Shown: positions 1 through 12,641, counted from the stretch's first letter. The stretch: 64,000 nt of DNA from Candidatus Bathyarchaeota archaeon (GCA_963780185.1 CAWABA010000005.1:96001-160000), one strand, 5' to 3'. Translations and numbers: made by a program. The notes: generated from the sequence alone by a model not told the origin.

Positions 1-2
1 CC

Positions 3-215
3 GCCATCATCCTCAAAGACACAACAAAGTTTCCCCAAGCAAAACCCACCGTCTGGTTCGTTGTGGACAGCGTGCTGCAAGAATACAAGCGGCTTGGCGC
101 CAAAGGCTTAAAGTTCCTGTCGGAGCCCTTCGAGATTCACACGGGCATGGCAGTCGAGTTCGAAGACCCCTACGGCAACCGGCTAGGGCTAACGGATTAT
201 TCAAAAAAGAAATAG
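3..215 (+). CDS. VOC/glyoxalase family protein, C-terminal part (truncated by window start)
   Basis: Manual translation AIILKDTTKFPQAKPTVWFVVDSV...GLKFLSEPFEIHTGMAVEFEDPYGNRLGL; the F-x-D-P-x-G-N motif is typical of VOC folds. Confidence 0.75.
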   Translation, partial: AIILKDTTKFPQAKPTVWFVVDSVLQEYKRLGAKGLKFLSEPFEIHTGMAVEFEDPYGNRLGLTDYSKKK

Positions 216-426
216 CGCTTTTTTTGCCTATCTCAAGTGTCATTCAATAATTCGACAATGGCTTAATTTGCGACGGCTTACTCATTTTCCAAAATTTTCT
301 CGAAAATTGATTTCAACGGAGGCAGTTAATGTCTCGTTCTGTAAAACCAATGCAAGATTGGGGCATTCATAGAAAAAGTTGATTAGAAGTGAAAGCCATA
401 GATTTACTTCAAGGAGAAAATAGGGA

Positions 427-1601
427 TTGATGCTTTTCGATAGCATATGGCTCATATGGCTATTTGGCATCCCAATATACTACTCCTTGTTATATGAGAT
501 AATAAAATACAGGAAAGTTATGGTCAAGAAAACATTTGTTCCTATCAATCCAAAAAGAATGATTTTTCAGATAACTACGATAGGCAATATGGAGATTGTT
601 CAAGAGTCGATTGATAACATTAATCGGATATGCAAGGAAGTTGGATATGACAATTACAGGATAAATGTAGTTTCGGAAGTGAATGAAATTTTTAATGGTG
701 CAGTTACAATAACTGTTCCTCAAATTTATTCAACACCCAATAATGCAAAATACAAAGCTAGGGCATTACAATATGCGATAGAACAAAGAGAGAAAAACGG
801 AGAAAACACAGCTGATGTATGGGTATATCATCTTGACGATGAATCGATGATTACAAAGCAAGGTCTCTTATCAATTTAGACCACGCCGACAATAACCGGG
901 AGCCCATAGCAGAAGGATTAATCACTTATCCAAATAAAATGAATGTTGGAAGCAAATTAGTCAAATATTTAGACGCCGTAAGACCAACATTTTGTTATAC
1001 TTGCTGCGCAATGTTAAAATCACAAGGAAAACCTGATTGGTTACACGGCTCAAATCTACTTTTGAGGGCAGACGTAGAAAAAAATGTTGGTTGGGATTTC
1101 CCTGACACATGCGCAGAAGACAGCTTGTTTGGCTACGAAGCATACAAAAAATACGGAGGAATCTTTGGTTGGCACGGAGGAGTTCTCGAAGAACAGTCGC
1201 CATTCACATTTAAAGACTTTATTAAGCAAAGACAAAGATGGATAAAAGGAACATTTGAAAACTTGGGTAGAATGGGGATACGCGAAAAGGTCAAAACAAC
1301 CTATAGATTGACAAGTTGGTTTTTGGGGTCAGTAAGTTTTTTCACATTAATTCCTTCATTAATCATAAAACAGACATATTCTCAATATCTCATTCCGTTC
1401 TTCGTTTTGGACACAATTATTCTGTTTGCTGTTTATCAAATAGGGTTGGAAATGAACTTTGCTAAAGTTGGCAAGAAGCAAAGGATTTGTGAACACATCA
1501 AGATTTTTTTCGTTTCTCCCATTCTTTGGTTTCTAGAAGCAATTCCGATGGTGCTATATTTCTTCAAAAGAGCACCAAAATTTTATGTAATTGAAAAATA
1601 G
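427..1601 (+). CDS. GT2 membrane glycosyltransferase (egghead/Glyco_trans_2_3-like), split by a frameshift near 875
   Basis: ORFs 427-879 (KARALQY, HLDDES) and 939-1601 (GSNLL, AEDSLFG, QRQRW, C-terminal TM helices) form one GT2. Confidence 0.8.
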
Positions 1602-1849
1602 GCAATGCCTTTGACAAGCATCTTGAATTATTGTAACAGGTACTTACGTTGCAGCTTTAATACGTTCTAAACGCGCCTTAATTGCTATAATAATTTCTTG
1701 ATCTTGCTCAGTTTCTAAAGCTTCGAACGGTAATTTTTTAACAAGATTTTAAATACAGCTAGTAACATCAGGATTAATTGAGACTTGTTCATGGAAATGA
1801 AATCCCTTTCGAGGGCTTCCTTGATTTTTATAAGAGGAGGTGAACCTTC

Positions 1850-2221
1850 TTGAGTAGAAATGGAGTAATCGCCTTCACACTTTTGGGTTTAATTATTGGG
1901 TTAGCTGTAGGATACTCGATTTCAATAGCGGTACCGTTTCATTCTTCTGCGCAGAAACCAGCTATTTCTTTGAATTCAAATTCAGTCAAGTCAGGCGAGC
2001 AATTTACTGCCACTCTTACTGGTTTTCCAGCTAATACGGAAATCTACGGCTGGACAGTAAATCAGAATGTATCTGTATGTTTCACCGCAGGAACTACTGA
2101 CGCAAACGGTAAACTTGTCGTTTCAGCAAATGCGCCTCAAACAGTGGGAACATTACCCTTAGTTGCATGCAACAAAGCAGAAACCATCTGGGCGGCTACA
2201 GCTTTAACAGTGACTAAATAA
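1850..2221 (+). CDS. Hypothetical membrane-anchored protein with an Ig-like beta domain
   Basis: N-terminal hydrophobic helix, GGAGGTG SD upstream, beta-rich body. Confidence 0.65.
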   Translation: MSRNGVIAFTLLGLIIGLAVGYSISIAVPFHSSAQKPAISLNSNSVKSGEQFTATLTGFPANTEIYGWTVNQNVSVCFTAGTTDANGKLVVSANAPQTVGTLPLVACNKAETIWAATALTVTK

Positions 2222-2475
2222 AAAATCAATGCGCTTATTCTTGCAAAGTCACTTCTGCCTTTTTTCCGTAGCGGCATTTCTAAGCCTAATTATGTGTTTT
2301 GTTTGCATTACAGCAGGTCAGTGAGATTGATAGATACTGGCAGAAAGCAACAGCCAGAGAGACAGACCAACAGGAAGCGTACTGACAGACAACCCGATGG
2401 ATGCGCTTTCTCTAAGGAAACATCACAGAAAGAAGCGCTAAAGAGTCATGATAAGGTTTTTACCTGTTCCCTCGT

Positions 2476-4140
2476 ATGGTAACGCGACGCATCTTGCACC
2501 AAAAAAATGGACCTTGGTTTAACTCGTGGCCTGCACAAGTGCCAAAACACATAGAGCTCCCACAGGTTCCTCTCCAAGAAATCCTTCGCAAAAACGCCAA
2601 AGAATTTCCGCAAAAAACGTCCATATCTTATGGCGGGCGAGAAATCTCTTATATCCAGTTAGAATCGCTTTCAAATCAGTTTGCTATTTCTCTTGTAAAG
2701 TTAGGCGTGAAAAGGGGCGAATGCGTGGCAGTTTTTTTGCCTAACGTTCCCCAATTCATAATTGCGTATTTTGGGATACTTAAAGCGGGTGCGGTTGTTA
2801 CGGCGATAAGTCCGCTGTATCGGGAACGCGAGGTGGAGTATCAACTCAACGATTCAACCGCACAAACTATAGTGGCTCTGGATCTGCTTTATCCAGTTGT
2901 AGCGAAAGTTGAACAAAAAACCCAGTTAAAAAACGTCATTTTAACCGGTATGGATGAGTACTGTTACAAAAAAGTCCGCGCTGCAGATTTGCAGGGCACT
3001 TTCGGTTTCCAGGTTTTGCTGGAAAAAGCCCAAGACGGCGCTCCAGACGTGAAGTTGAACCCAAACGAGGATTTGGCGGCTTTGCAGTACACGGGCGGAA
3101 CCGCAGGAACAGCCAAAGGCGCCATGTTAACCCACACCAACCTGCTTTCAAACACGTTATCCTTTGCCGCTTGGATACAGGGCACAACCGCACAGGAAAC
3201 TTTCCTAACCACCCTGCCGCTGTTTCATATTTACGGCATGACCACCAGCCTGACTGTACCCGTCAGTTTAGCCTCAAAAATAGTTTTGATGCCAAGGTTT
3301 GAACCCGCCAAAGCCTTGGAAGCCATCCAAAAGCATAAGGTGACGGTTTTCTGCGGTGTTCCAACCATGTACTCAGCGCTTCTTGCTTACCCAGAGCTCG
3401 GAAAATACGATTTAACCTCGCTTCGCGTCTGCGTTTCAGGCGCTTCAGGCTTGCCGCCGCATACCCAAAAACAATTCATGCAGGTCACAGGAGGGCTGCT
3501 TGTTGAAGGCTACGGGTTAACGGAGGCTTCGCCCGTTACTCACTGCAACCCAGTTGATGTTACATTGCGTACGGTGAAGGTGGGCTCCATCGGTTTGCCC
3601 CTGCCTGACACAGAAGCCCAAATTGTCGATTTGGAAACAGGCAGCAAACCCCTTGCGGCGGGCCAAACGGGGGAGTTGGCTGTTCGGGGTCCGCAGGTGA
3701 TGAAGGGCTACTGGCGCAGACCCGACGAAACCGCTGCCGTGCTCCGCGATGGGTGGCTCCTTACAGGCGACATCGCCCACATGGACCGCGACGGCTACTT
3801 CTACATAACAGACCGCAAAAAAGACCTCATAAAAACCAACGGCTACAGCGTCTACCCCCGCGAACTCGAAGACGTCCTCTACGAGCACCCAGCCGTCAAA
3901 CTATGCGCGGTCGTTGGAAAACCAGACCCGCTGGCAGGCGAAATCCCGAAGGTTTATGTCGTACTGAAAGAGGGCACGACTGCTTCAGCTGAGAAACTGA
4001 AGGCATTTGTCAACGAAAAAGTGGCGCCTTACAAGGCAATCCGGCAGTTGGAGTTTAGAAAAGATTTGCCGATTAGTTCTGCAGGCAAAGTTTTAAGACG
4101 ATTGCTTAAAGGAGAAAGCGGCGTGAATTCAAGTTTCTAG
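2476..4140 (+). CDS. Long-chain fatty acid-CoA ligase (AMP-binding)
   Basis: QYTGGTAGTAKG P-loop, EGYGLTE, GWLLTGD, SSAGKV motifs. Confidence 0.92.
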   Translation: MVTRRILHQKNGPWFNSWPAQVPKHIELPQVPLQEILRKNAKEFPQKTSISYGGREISYIQLESLSNQFAISLVKLGVKRGECVAVFLPNVPQFIIAYFGILKAGAVVTAISPLYREREVEYQLNDSTAQTIVALDLLYPVVAKVEQKTQLKNVILTGMDEYCYKKVRAADLQGTFGFQVLLEKAQDGAPDVKLNPNEDLAALQYTGGTAGTAKGAMLTHTNLLSNTLSFAAWIQGTTAQETFLTTLPLFHIYGMTTSLTVPVSLASKIVLMPRFEPAKALEAIQKHKVTVFCGVPTMYSALLAYPELGKYDLTSLRVCVSGASGLPPHTQKQFMQVTGGLLVEGYGLTEASPVTHCNPVDVTLRTVKVGSIGLPLPDTEAQIVDLETGSKPLAAGQTGELAVRGPQVMKGYWRRPDETAAVLRDGWLLTGDIAHMDRDGYFYITDRKKDLIKTNGYSVYPRELEDVLYEHPAVKLCAVVGKPDPLAGEIPKVYVVLKEGTTASAEKLKAFVNEKVAPYKAIRQLEFRKDLPISSAGKVLRRLLKGESGVNSSF

Positions 4141-4574
4141 TGCTTGTTTTCATGATGTAATCCATAAATTTCTCGGCTTGTGGGCATATCTGTTGGTGTT
4201 TCTCGCATTATGTAGGATATGTTAACTTTTCTGGCGCCTAAATCTAGCAGGTTGAACGGCGTCATTACCATTATTCTTATGGCTAGGCTTGCTCCGATTA
4301 TTTCTGAAAAGCGTAGAAATAGCGACTGGTGCTCTCTTAATTGGTCCGCGGTGGCGTTTATTTCTTTGTTCTTCATTATAACGTCGACTAGGCATAAATT
4401 TCCACTGTTATCCCTTCCAATAATGTCAATCTTTGCCCTGCCTATTTGAAATTCCTTGAAAAGAACTTTAAAGTTTTTTTCTATCTTGTTTGGGTCGGCA
4501 TATATTTCATTAACAAAACTATATTTTGCTTTTTCCGCTTCAAACTCTAAAAATTGAGTTGTTAAATACGACAC
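4137..4574 (-). CDS. PD-(D/E)xK / NucS C-terminal-like domain protein
   Basis: KEFQIGRAKIDIIGRDNSGNLCLVDV resembles the NucS nuclease-domain core; the catalytic ExK is not conserved. Confidence 0.5.
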   Translation of the reverse strand: MSYLTTQFLEFEAEKAKYSFVNEIYADPNKIEKNFKVLFKEFQIGRAKIDIIGRDNSGNLCLVDVIMKNKEINATADQLREHQSLFLRFSEIIGASLAIRIMVMTPFNLLDLGARKVNISYIMRETPTDMPTSREIYGLHHENKH

Positions 4575-4746
4575 CCGATTCTAAATTTTATTCAGAATCT
4601 AACTCTACCTGTACGTACATATAAGTCCTGCGTAAAAAGAGATTAAAAAAAAGTCGACCAGCTCATTTGATGAGATTCGTTTAAAGGTTTAAACAATTTT
4701 ATCGAAGAAAACTTAATTGGTTTGCAGTTGAAGTTCTAATTAGAAG

Positions 4747-7040
4747 TTGGCTTTGTTGCGGGCTAAACTAAAGGTTACAGGTGTTGTTCAAGGGGTGGGT
4801 TTCCGCCCGTTCATCTATCGCATCGCGGTAGCGCAGGGTTTAGCAGGCTACGTACGCAACCGTGGAGATGCAGGCGTAGAAATTCTCTTGGAAGGCGACG
4901 CACAGAAAATTAAAGCCTTCACTCGTGACTTGACCGTGAAAAAGCCGCCTCTGGCGCAAATAGACAAAGTCACCTCAGTTACGCTTTCAGGCGCAAACGA
5001 GTATGTCGACTTCACGATTTTCAAGAGTTCCGAGGAGGCCGAGTTTTCAGGCTCAATTATCCCGCCTGACATCGCAATCTGCAACGAATGCTTAGCCGAG
5101 TTGCGAGACCCCAGTAACCCACGGTACGAATACTTCTTCATAACCTGTACCAACTGCGGCCCACGATTCACCATCATCGAGCGGCTGCCTTACGACCGCG
5201 AAAACACCACCATGCGCGAGTTCCCCCTGTGCGGCTTCTGCCAACGCGAGTACGACGACCCAGCGAACAGGCGTTTTCATGCGCAAACCGTGGCTTGCCC
5301 ACCCTGCGGACCCAAAGCCTACCTGACAACACGCGGAGGCGAACTCATCGACGCCAAAGACCCTGTGCGGGAGGCGGGGCGGTTGCTTTCTGAAGGCAAC
5401 GTGCTTGCGATAAAGGGGTACGGGGGATTTCATATTGCCTGCTCAGTGGTGCTGGATAAGCCTCTGAAGGCGCTTCGAGCAACGAAGCATAGGCGGGAAA
5501 AACCCTTTGCTGTCATGGCAAGGAGCGTGGAGGCGGCTAAAGGCTTCGTCGAAGCAAGTTCGAAGGAGCAGGAGCTGCTGCAATCCCCGATGCGTCCAAT
5601 CGTGCTGCTCAACAAGAACGAAAGCTACAATCTGTCGCCGCACGTTGCGCCTAACCTGCATAACGTTGGCGTCATGCTGCCATACACAGGTTTGCATTAC
5701 ATGCTCTTCGACAGGGTGCCTGACGCCGCGTTCGTGATGACCAGCGCTAACCCGCCCAACCAACCCATCGTATACGACAACGATGAAGCCCTCAAAGTGT
5801 TGGGCGGCACGGTGGATTATTTTTTGTTTCACAACCGCAAAATCGCCCATCGCTGCGACGACTCCGTTATGCGAGTCCACGGCAGCCGCCAAGTTTTCCT
5901 GCGTCGAAGCCGAGGATACGCTCCAGCGCCCGTACGGCTTAAGTCGAAGGCGAAGCGGTGCGTCGTCGGGCTTAGGCGGCGAACTCAATAACACCGCCAT
6001 GCGTGCTGCTTGACGACAAAGCCTTCATCAGCCAACACATCGGCGACGTCGAAAACGTGGAAACCCGTAGCTTCCTGCAAGAAGCCGCAAACCACCTCCA
6101 ACGCCTCACCAACTGCCACGCCGAAGCCGTCGTCTGCGATTTGCATCCCAAATTCACCACGACCGCCCTTGCGAAGGAGATGGCTGAGGCAGATGATTCG
6201 CCGCTTATCCAAGTTCAACATCACCATGCCCACGCCGCGGCTTTAATGGCTGAACACAACTTGGAAGAAGCTGTCAGCGTGGTCTGCGACGGGTACGGCT
6301 ACGGCTCAGACGGCGGCGCTTGGGGAGGAGAAATCCTGTTCTGCACGCGCGAGTCATCGAAGTTTAAGCGTCTGGGGCATCTGGAGCCTCAACCGCTGCT
6401 CGGCGGCGACGTGGCAAGCCGTTATCCGCTGCGTTTGGCTGCTGGAATGCTTGCAAAAGCAGGCGTCAAAGTTGAGCCTTGGCTGATGGAGAACAAGGCG
6501 CATTTGCCTTTCGGCGAAACCGAAGCCAACCTCATCCTCAACCAACTCGCCAAAGGCTCTGTGACGGTTGAAACTACGAGTTGCGGCAGGGTTCTGGATG
6601 CCGTCGCAGCCGTTTTAGGCGTCTGCTACGAGCGCAGCTATGAGGGGGAACCCGCGATGAAGCTGGAATCCGCCGCGATAAAAGGGAAAGACATCTTGAA
6701 GCTGAAGCCCTCTTTGCACGGTGAAACGCTGGATACCTCGCCTCTTCTTCGGCTGATTTTTGAACGCAAAGCCGATTTTTCCACCACAGATTTAGCTTAT
6801 TCCGCGCATTCTTATCTGGCAAGGGGCTTGGGGTCTTTGGCTGTTGAAAAAGCCACGGTTCTGGGTGTTAAAAGCATCGGTTTTTCGGGAGGCGCCGCAT
6901 GCAACCAAATCCTCGCCAAAGTTATGCGCAAAACCGTTGAGGATGCTGGGCTGCGTTTTCTGGTTCATGAAGCTGTTCCAGCGGGGGACGGCGGGGTTTC
7001 TTTTGGTCAGGCTGTTGTAGGCGGTTTTTCAAGGTTTTAA
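4747..7040 (+). CDS. hypF: Carbamoyltransferase HypF, split by frameshift(s) near 5975-6005
   Basis: GVVQGVGFRPF acylphosphatase domain, two CxxC Zn fingers, QHHHAH, GDGGVSFGQ. Confidence 0.93.
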
Positions 7041-7088
7041 ACCAATCTCTTTTTATCGCCCGAAAAACGCTATTTAAAGTTGATAGTT

Positions 7089-7310
7089 ATGTGTTTGGCT
7101 ATTCCCGCTAAAGTCATGACCCTTCAAGGCGAAAAAGCCAACGTTGATTTTGGGCAAGGCGTCCTAAGAGAGGTTAACGTGTCGCTTGTTGAAGCCAAAA
7201 TCGGCGACTACGTTTTGGTCCATGCAGGCTACGCTATCCAAATTATCGAAGAAGAAGACGCAAAAGAAACCATCGCCCTGTGGAACAGCATCCTTGAAGC
7301 TGGGCAATAG
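7089..7310 (+). CDS. hypC: Hydrogenase maturation chaperone HypC
   Basis: MCLAIPAKV start, DYVLVHAGYAI. Confidence 0.95.
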   Translation: MCLAIPAKVMTLQGEKANVDFGQGVLREVNVSLVEAKIGDYVLVHAGYAIQIIEEEDAKETIALWNSILEAGQ

Positions 7311-7331
7311 GCGGCAAGTTGAGGCGTCGGC

Positions 7332-8420
7332 ATGGCTCAAAACCTGAAGTTCCGAAACCCCCAGTTAGCCCAAAACATTGCTGAAAAAATCAAAATCTTA
7401 GCGCCTAAGGCTGGAAAAACCAAAATCTGCCACGTCTGCGGAACACATGAGTGGACAATCACGCATTTTGGGCTACGCAGTCTTCTGCCCGACAGCGTTG
7501 AAGTTATTGCTGGTCCAGGCTGCCCAGTCTGCATTGTTCCCGCGGCTGAAATCGATGAGGCGGTGCAGTTGGCGAAGATGGGTGTTGTGGTCACGTGTTT
7601 TGGGGACGTTTTGCGTGTGCCTGGCAGTGAAATGTCGCTTCTGGAAGCTAAAGCCGCAGGCGCCGATGTGCGAATAGTCTATGCGGTCTCGGACGCTGTT
7701 GAAATGGCTAAACATGAATCTGGCAAGCAGTTTGCTTTTTTCGCGGTTGGGTTCGAAACCACGGCTCCGTCAACAGCGGTGGAGGCACTTGGGAACCCGC
7801 CGAAAAACCTCAGTTTCCTCGTTTCTCACCGACTGATTCCGCCAGCGATGGATTTGCTGCTTGGCTTTAGCGAGTTGCAGATTAACGGGTTCATCGCGCC
7901 CGGTCACGTAAGCGCCATCATCGGAACCAAACCCTACGAAAAATTCCCAACTGTAAATCACATGCCCACGGTCGTGGCGGGTTTCGAGCCGCTGGACGTG
8001 TTGATGGCTGTCTACATGATTGTCAAGCAGCAAAGCGAAGGCGCAGCGCGGCTTGAGAACGAGTACCCGCGTGTGGTTAAGCCTGAAGGGAACCCGAAGG
8101 CTTTGGCGCTTATGGATGAAGCGTTCAAGGTTACAGGCGGCAACTGGCGGGGCATCGGCAACTTGGCAAACTCAGCCCTGCAACTACGCGAATGCTTAGC
8201 TGACTTCGACGCCCGACTCAAACACAACGTCCACGTAGAACACGGCAAAGACATCATCACCGGATGCAAATGCCACCTTGTAATCATCGGAAAAATCAAG
8301 CCCGACGGCTGCCCCCTATTCCTAAAAGCCTGCACACCCGAAAGACCCGTCGGCGCATGCATGGTCAGCAGCGAAGGCACCTGCAGAGTCTGGGCAAAAA
8401 ACGTTGCTGTCCAAGCTTGA
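7332..8420 (+). CDS. hypD: Hydrogenase maturation protein HypD
   Basis: CGTH, GPGCPVC, GFETT, PGHVS, GACMVSSEGTC. Confidence 0.95.
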   Translation: MAQNLKFRNPQLAQNIAEKIKILAPKAGKTKICHVCGTHEWTITHFGLRSLLPDSVEVIAGPGCPVCIVPAAEIDEAVQLAKMGVVVTCFGDVLRVPGSEMSLLEAKAAGADVRIVYAVSDAVEMAKHESGKQFAFFAVGFETTAPSTAVEALGNPPKNLSFLVSHRLIPPAMDLLLGFSELQINGFIAPGHVSAIIGTKPYEKFPTVNHMPTVVAGFEPLDVLMAVYMIVKQQSEGAARLENEYPRVVKPEGNPKALALMDEAFKVTGGNWRGIGNLANSALQLRECLADFDARLKHNVHVEHGKDIITGCKCHLVIIGKIKPDGCPLFLKACTPERPVGACMVSSEGTCRVWAKNVAVQA

Positions 8421-9873
8421 AGATGGCGCTTGCTGATTTTGCCTGTTAAACTCTGCGGTCAGAAAATCTGAAATCACAAGCTTTTTAAAAAAGTATGTGA
8501 ATAGAACTCAAAAATTCCAATGAAATCGCCGAGCGCAAAGCCATAACACTTCGCCGCGTTAGGCAAAAAACGTATCTGCAAAAATGAAAGAATCATCGAA
8601 AGAGTTCTTGTACGAATCCAAGGTAAACGCTATCCGAAATCAACGTGATTAGCAATTCGGCGTAAGAACTTGGGCAAATCCTAACCTGATCATATAGCTG
8701 GCTATGGCTACTTACAAAGACGAAAAATTCGAAGCTAAAGCGATTGAAACTTTTTGATAAACGAATCTGGATGGGTTAGCAGCTGAGAGCTAAAAAATAA
8801 AATTCAAGCAGATTTTCCTGAGCAATACGTAACCAAGTCAGAGGATACTTTGTATTTGATGAAACCTGAAGTTACACGGCTGACAGAAGTTTAGAAAGCG
8901 GGCTAAGGGACTTCAGACAAAATCGTATTAGAGGCAGCAATCACAAGTGGTTCTCTCAGGAGAGCGTTCGTATACATCCTGAGCGCCAAAGGCACCTTGA
9001 TTTCGACAGCTCTCCTTTCAGTTTCAATGAATATTTGCAGGCAAATGCACAAAGGCTGAGTACCATTAGGAGGATCAACAAGAAGTATCGTCGAAGTGAA
9101 GAGGCACTCCTGATATTATTGGCATAGAAAGGCGTCTTCCAGAGGTGAGATAATACGAACGTCAGATTGCTGAGAGTAATCTACCGTGAATAATTGAAAA
9201 CAGACATAATGGTCATCATTACAGCATGTGGAACTCAAGTCTTAGGGCCTACGGCAAGTGTCTTAATATCAAACACTGGGCGGGAAGTAACCTACAATAG
9301 CAGTTCCTGAGACGTTGAAATAACAGATGCAGAAGACAATAGAAAATACACTCGCTATATCGAGAATCTATCTAATATTTCTTCAGGAGCGGTTTTCCTA
9401 CAAACTGAAAGAGCAGTTTGATAACACCAAAAAAGCCTATGCGAAGACGCCCGTTTCTAACATTCGAGTTAGATCTAATCAAAGAACCTGGCAGAGCTGA
9501 TGGAAAACATCGTTTTACTTGAGCTGCTGAGCAATAAAGTACTATGAAAATGGTGGCTGGGAGCTCTACTTATTCAAATCACGGAGAGAAGTTGACCTTT
9601 TTTCTGAAATACGTTACAAAGTCTTACAACTTCAAGGTAAAGCTCAATCGCTTCCCGCAAATAATGCCCAGTGCTTCCTCCGCGTTTTTACCTTGGCTGG
9701 CTACATCCAGTTCAGGCGACCAAGCAATTTGCAGTTTTCCTTCTTTCCAGACTAATCGCATGAAAAAGTGATGCTTTCCGTCATGGCAACCCCACACAGT
9801 ATTCCCTCTAAGTTGTAAAAAGTAGCTTTATCCCGCAATGGAAAACCAATGCTAAACGAGCCGCCTCGCGGCT

Positions 9874-10940
9874 TTAGCAGATTCTTGGCACTGGGTCGCC
9901 GATGGGTCTTGCGATTATTCTTTTGCCGCCGACCTCGGTCTGCATCGCGACGCCTTTGAATTGGGCTGTGGCTTCGCCGATTATTTGCGCGTTTTTTCCC
10001 TCGTCTGTTTGCTTCAAAAACTCGAGGGCTTCCTGCGCTTTTTCTTTGACGACGCCGATTATGTATTTGCCTTCGTTCCCAACTTCCATAGGGTCCAACC
10101 CAAGCATGTCGCATGCCGTCTGGACGTCTTCTCGAATAGGCACCTTGCCCTCTTGAATCAGTATGCCGACTTTGGATTTTTCAGCCCACTCATTAAGCGC
10201 GTCAGCTAAGCCGCCGCGAGTCGGATCTTTTACAGAAATAACCCCCCCTATTTCCGCGAAAAGACGTTGAAGCATGCGGTTTAATGGTCTTACGTCGGAT
10301 TTTATTTCGCTGCCAAACTTTAGTCCCTGCTGAGCCGAAAGCACCGCGAGTCCGTGGTCGCCGATTGTTCCCGTTAAAATGATTTTGTCGCCTTCAGCCA
10401 AGTTGGAGTCAAGCGTCCAGCGGCGGCAACTTTGCGGTATTGCTTCGCGACTGGCATGTTGCTTTCCAACGCGGGGGTTCTTTTCCCGATTCCTGAAACG
10501 TTCATAACTAACCCGCCCAACGCGCCTTTCTCAACAACTTTCGTGTCGCCCGTCACTATGCCGACGCCCGCTTCGATGCAGGTGTCGCGCATGCTGTAGA
10601 GGATCCGCTCCAAATCCGCCAGCAGCAAGCCTTCCTCCAAAATAAACCCGCAAGCCAACGCGTAGGGTTGTGCTCCCATGGCTGAGATGTCGTTGACGGT
10701 GCCTGAAATCGAGAGGCGCCCGATGTCGCCGCCTGGGAAAAATATGGGTTTAACCGCGTGGGAATCGCTTTTGAAAACGATGTCGCCGATGACTGCGGCG
10801 TCATCCATGGCTTCCAGCGGTACTTCAGCATCGTTGCCTATGCCGCCGAAGGATTTGACGATGTAGTTTTTGACGAAGTTGTGCATGACTGTGCCGCCTG
10901 CGCCATGCAGCATCGTAATCTTCTCGTTTTTGCTTGACAT
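9874..10940 (-). CDS. hypE: Hydrogenase maturation protein HypE, split by a frameshift near 10400-10420
   Basis: HGAGG, FFPGGDIG, GTVND, GDTKVV, DPTRGG, C-terminal PRIC. Confidence 0.92.
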
Positions 10941-11029
10941 TTGCGCTTTGCATCCTAGTTTAACAACTCCAATAGCAAACAACTTAAACATAAACAAATC
11001 GCAGTTCCGGAAACGATTGTAGGCTGACA

Positions 11030-12150
11030 AAGTTCAATTATATCCACGCCAGCTTGGTCACCGGAGTATTCAATTTTCGCCGGTATCATGCCCAAATTGT
11101 GACATAGAATCCGTTGACCGCAGCTAGCCCACGTTAAGCCAGTTGTTGATCCAGCTTCCGACGATGGTCCCATTGGTATCGGTTACCGTCAATTGAGGTT
11201 CCTTCCATTGCGAATGCTGCCCCCACGCTCCAAACAGGGTAGTATAGAGAATTGATTGTGAGCCTCAGAAGGTGTAAGATTCTCATCCAAAACCTGCTGC
11301 AAGGTCAGGCCGCCTCGGGTGATCTCATCATCTGACGCCATTGCCCAATTCGCCGATACATTGGTTATCGTCTTGTTGTATTCCGTCGCAAACCGTTGAA
11401 TGATTGGTAAGGCGATGCTGAGAGCTTGTTCACGGGTGATATTTGTACAATTCAGCTGTGGAGTTGCCGTCGTTGTGTTTTGATTTGTCGTACTGTTTAA
11501 GCTTGTCTCAACGCGGAGGTCTTACAGCGGAAGACCAATGATGAGATTTGATGAAACCGAAAAAAGGGATAGCGAAAAATCGTAACAGCGATTCCAATTG
11601 CGATTGGGACTGAATAAGCTTAATTTTGTTAAAGATTACTTGGTTGTGGAGGAAGCCAGCCTCGAATCTTTTGCTTCAAATAATTCGTTTTCATGCTTTC
11701 ATCTCCGGCATCAGTTTCGTAAAAATGATGTTGGCAAGTTTTGCTGGCATGGATGGTTTGTCCGTTTTCTACTTCAAGATGCCTCTTTCTTTAGCCAGGT
11801 CGAGCAAATAGGCTTTGTGTTTGTCTGAGGAATTCTTTGTTTCTTACCTGTTCTGGATTGTCGTGCCAGTACCAGACTTTCACGCCAAAACTGGTGCTGT
11901 AAGTTACGATTACTTTGCGGTTGAGTGCAGGGTGATAGCCTACCAATATACCTTGGCGAACATCTAATTTTGTGACTTGAATATCGTTTACCTGCGGCGA
12001 CGCCCCAAAGTGTAGACGACAGTTTTGCTTCAGCTGTCAGACGCGTTTGGTTAACGTTCTGTCTGGTAGTTCTTCAGTCGTTGCCAGCTATGTCCAAGAC
12101 ACAGCTTTAAGCCTTGCGTGTTAAAACGTTCTCCAGAACACTGTTTTTTC
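11030..12150 (-). pseudogene. Two degraded genes: a cytoplasmic hypothetical followed by an IRGWLP-start membrane/secreted protein
   Basis: Reverse-strand fragments GILVGYHPALNRKVIVTYS / GVKVWYWHDNPE / PAKLANIIFTKLMPEMKA, then MKTNYLKQKIRGWLP and ITREQALSIALPII, broken by stops and frameshifts. Confidence 0.4.
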
Positions 12151-12641
12151 ATGTTATTAAGTAAAGTGGCGCTACGTTACATAGACGATGTTTGGCTAGA
12201 CATTTCCTTATTTATGAAATAGTAAAATGAATGTCAAATTTACCATACTTAAGGTTAACGGCAAACAAGCTATCAAGGTACGCGCTTACTGCTCGCCATC
12301 TCTTCTACGAGCAAAAGCATCACGCTGTATGCCTCAACACCAAATTTTCTCCTTCGCTTCATAATATAAGTGATTCATTAAATGGTATCTCAACTTTTCT
12401 GAGCAAATTGGTTTTTGATAAAAGAAAAGCGTTAGAAAACGTCGGCTATATAGGGCTATGAGGTTTTTTTGGGTAAACTATAAAAGGTAAATCGACTCAA
12501 CAGTTCATACACCTCACAGAGCCGAACTCTCCCTTTATTCAAGGGATTGCAAAACGTTAACTTAATCGAAACTTTGTGTTTTGATACGGAAAGCCATATA
12601 AATTGCTTTTACGTGTTTGAATGCGCATTGGAGATGTAAAA

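Noticed and set aside
5960-6010. Programmed frameshift or natural split of hypF
   Set aside because: No slippery site evident, and similar indels occur throughout the window
8821-8833. AGCAATACGTAAC, a 13-nt match to the ONT adapter complement
   Set aside because: No compositional break and hyp genes lie on both sides; chance cannot be excluded, so not called as a junction
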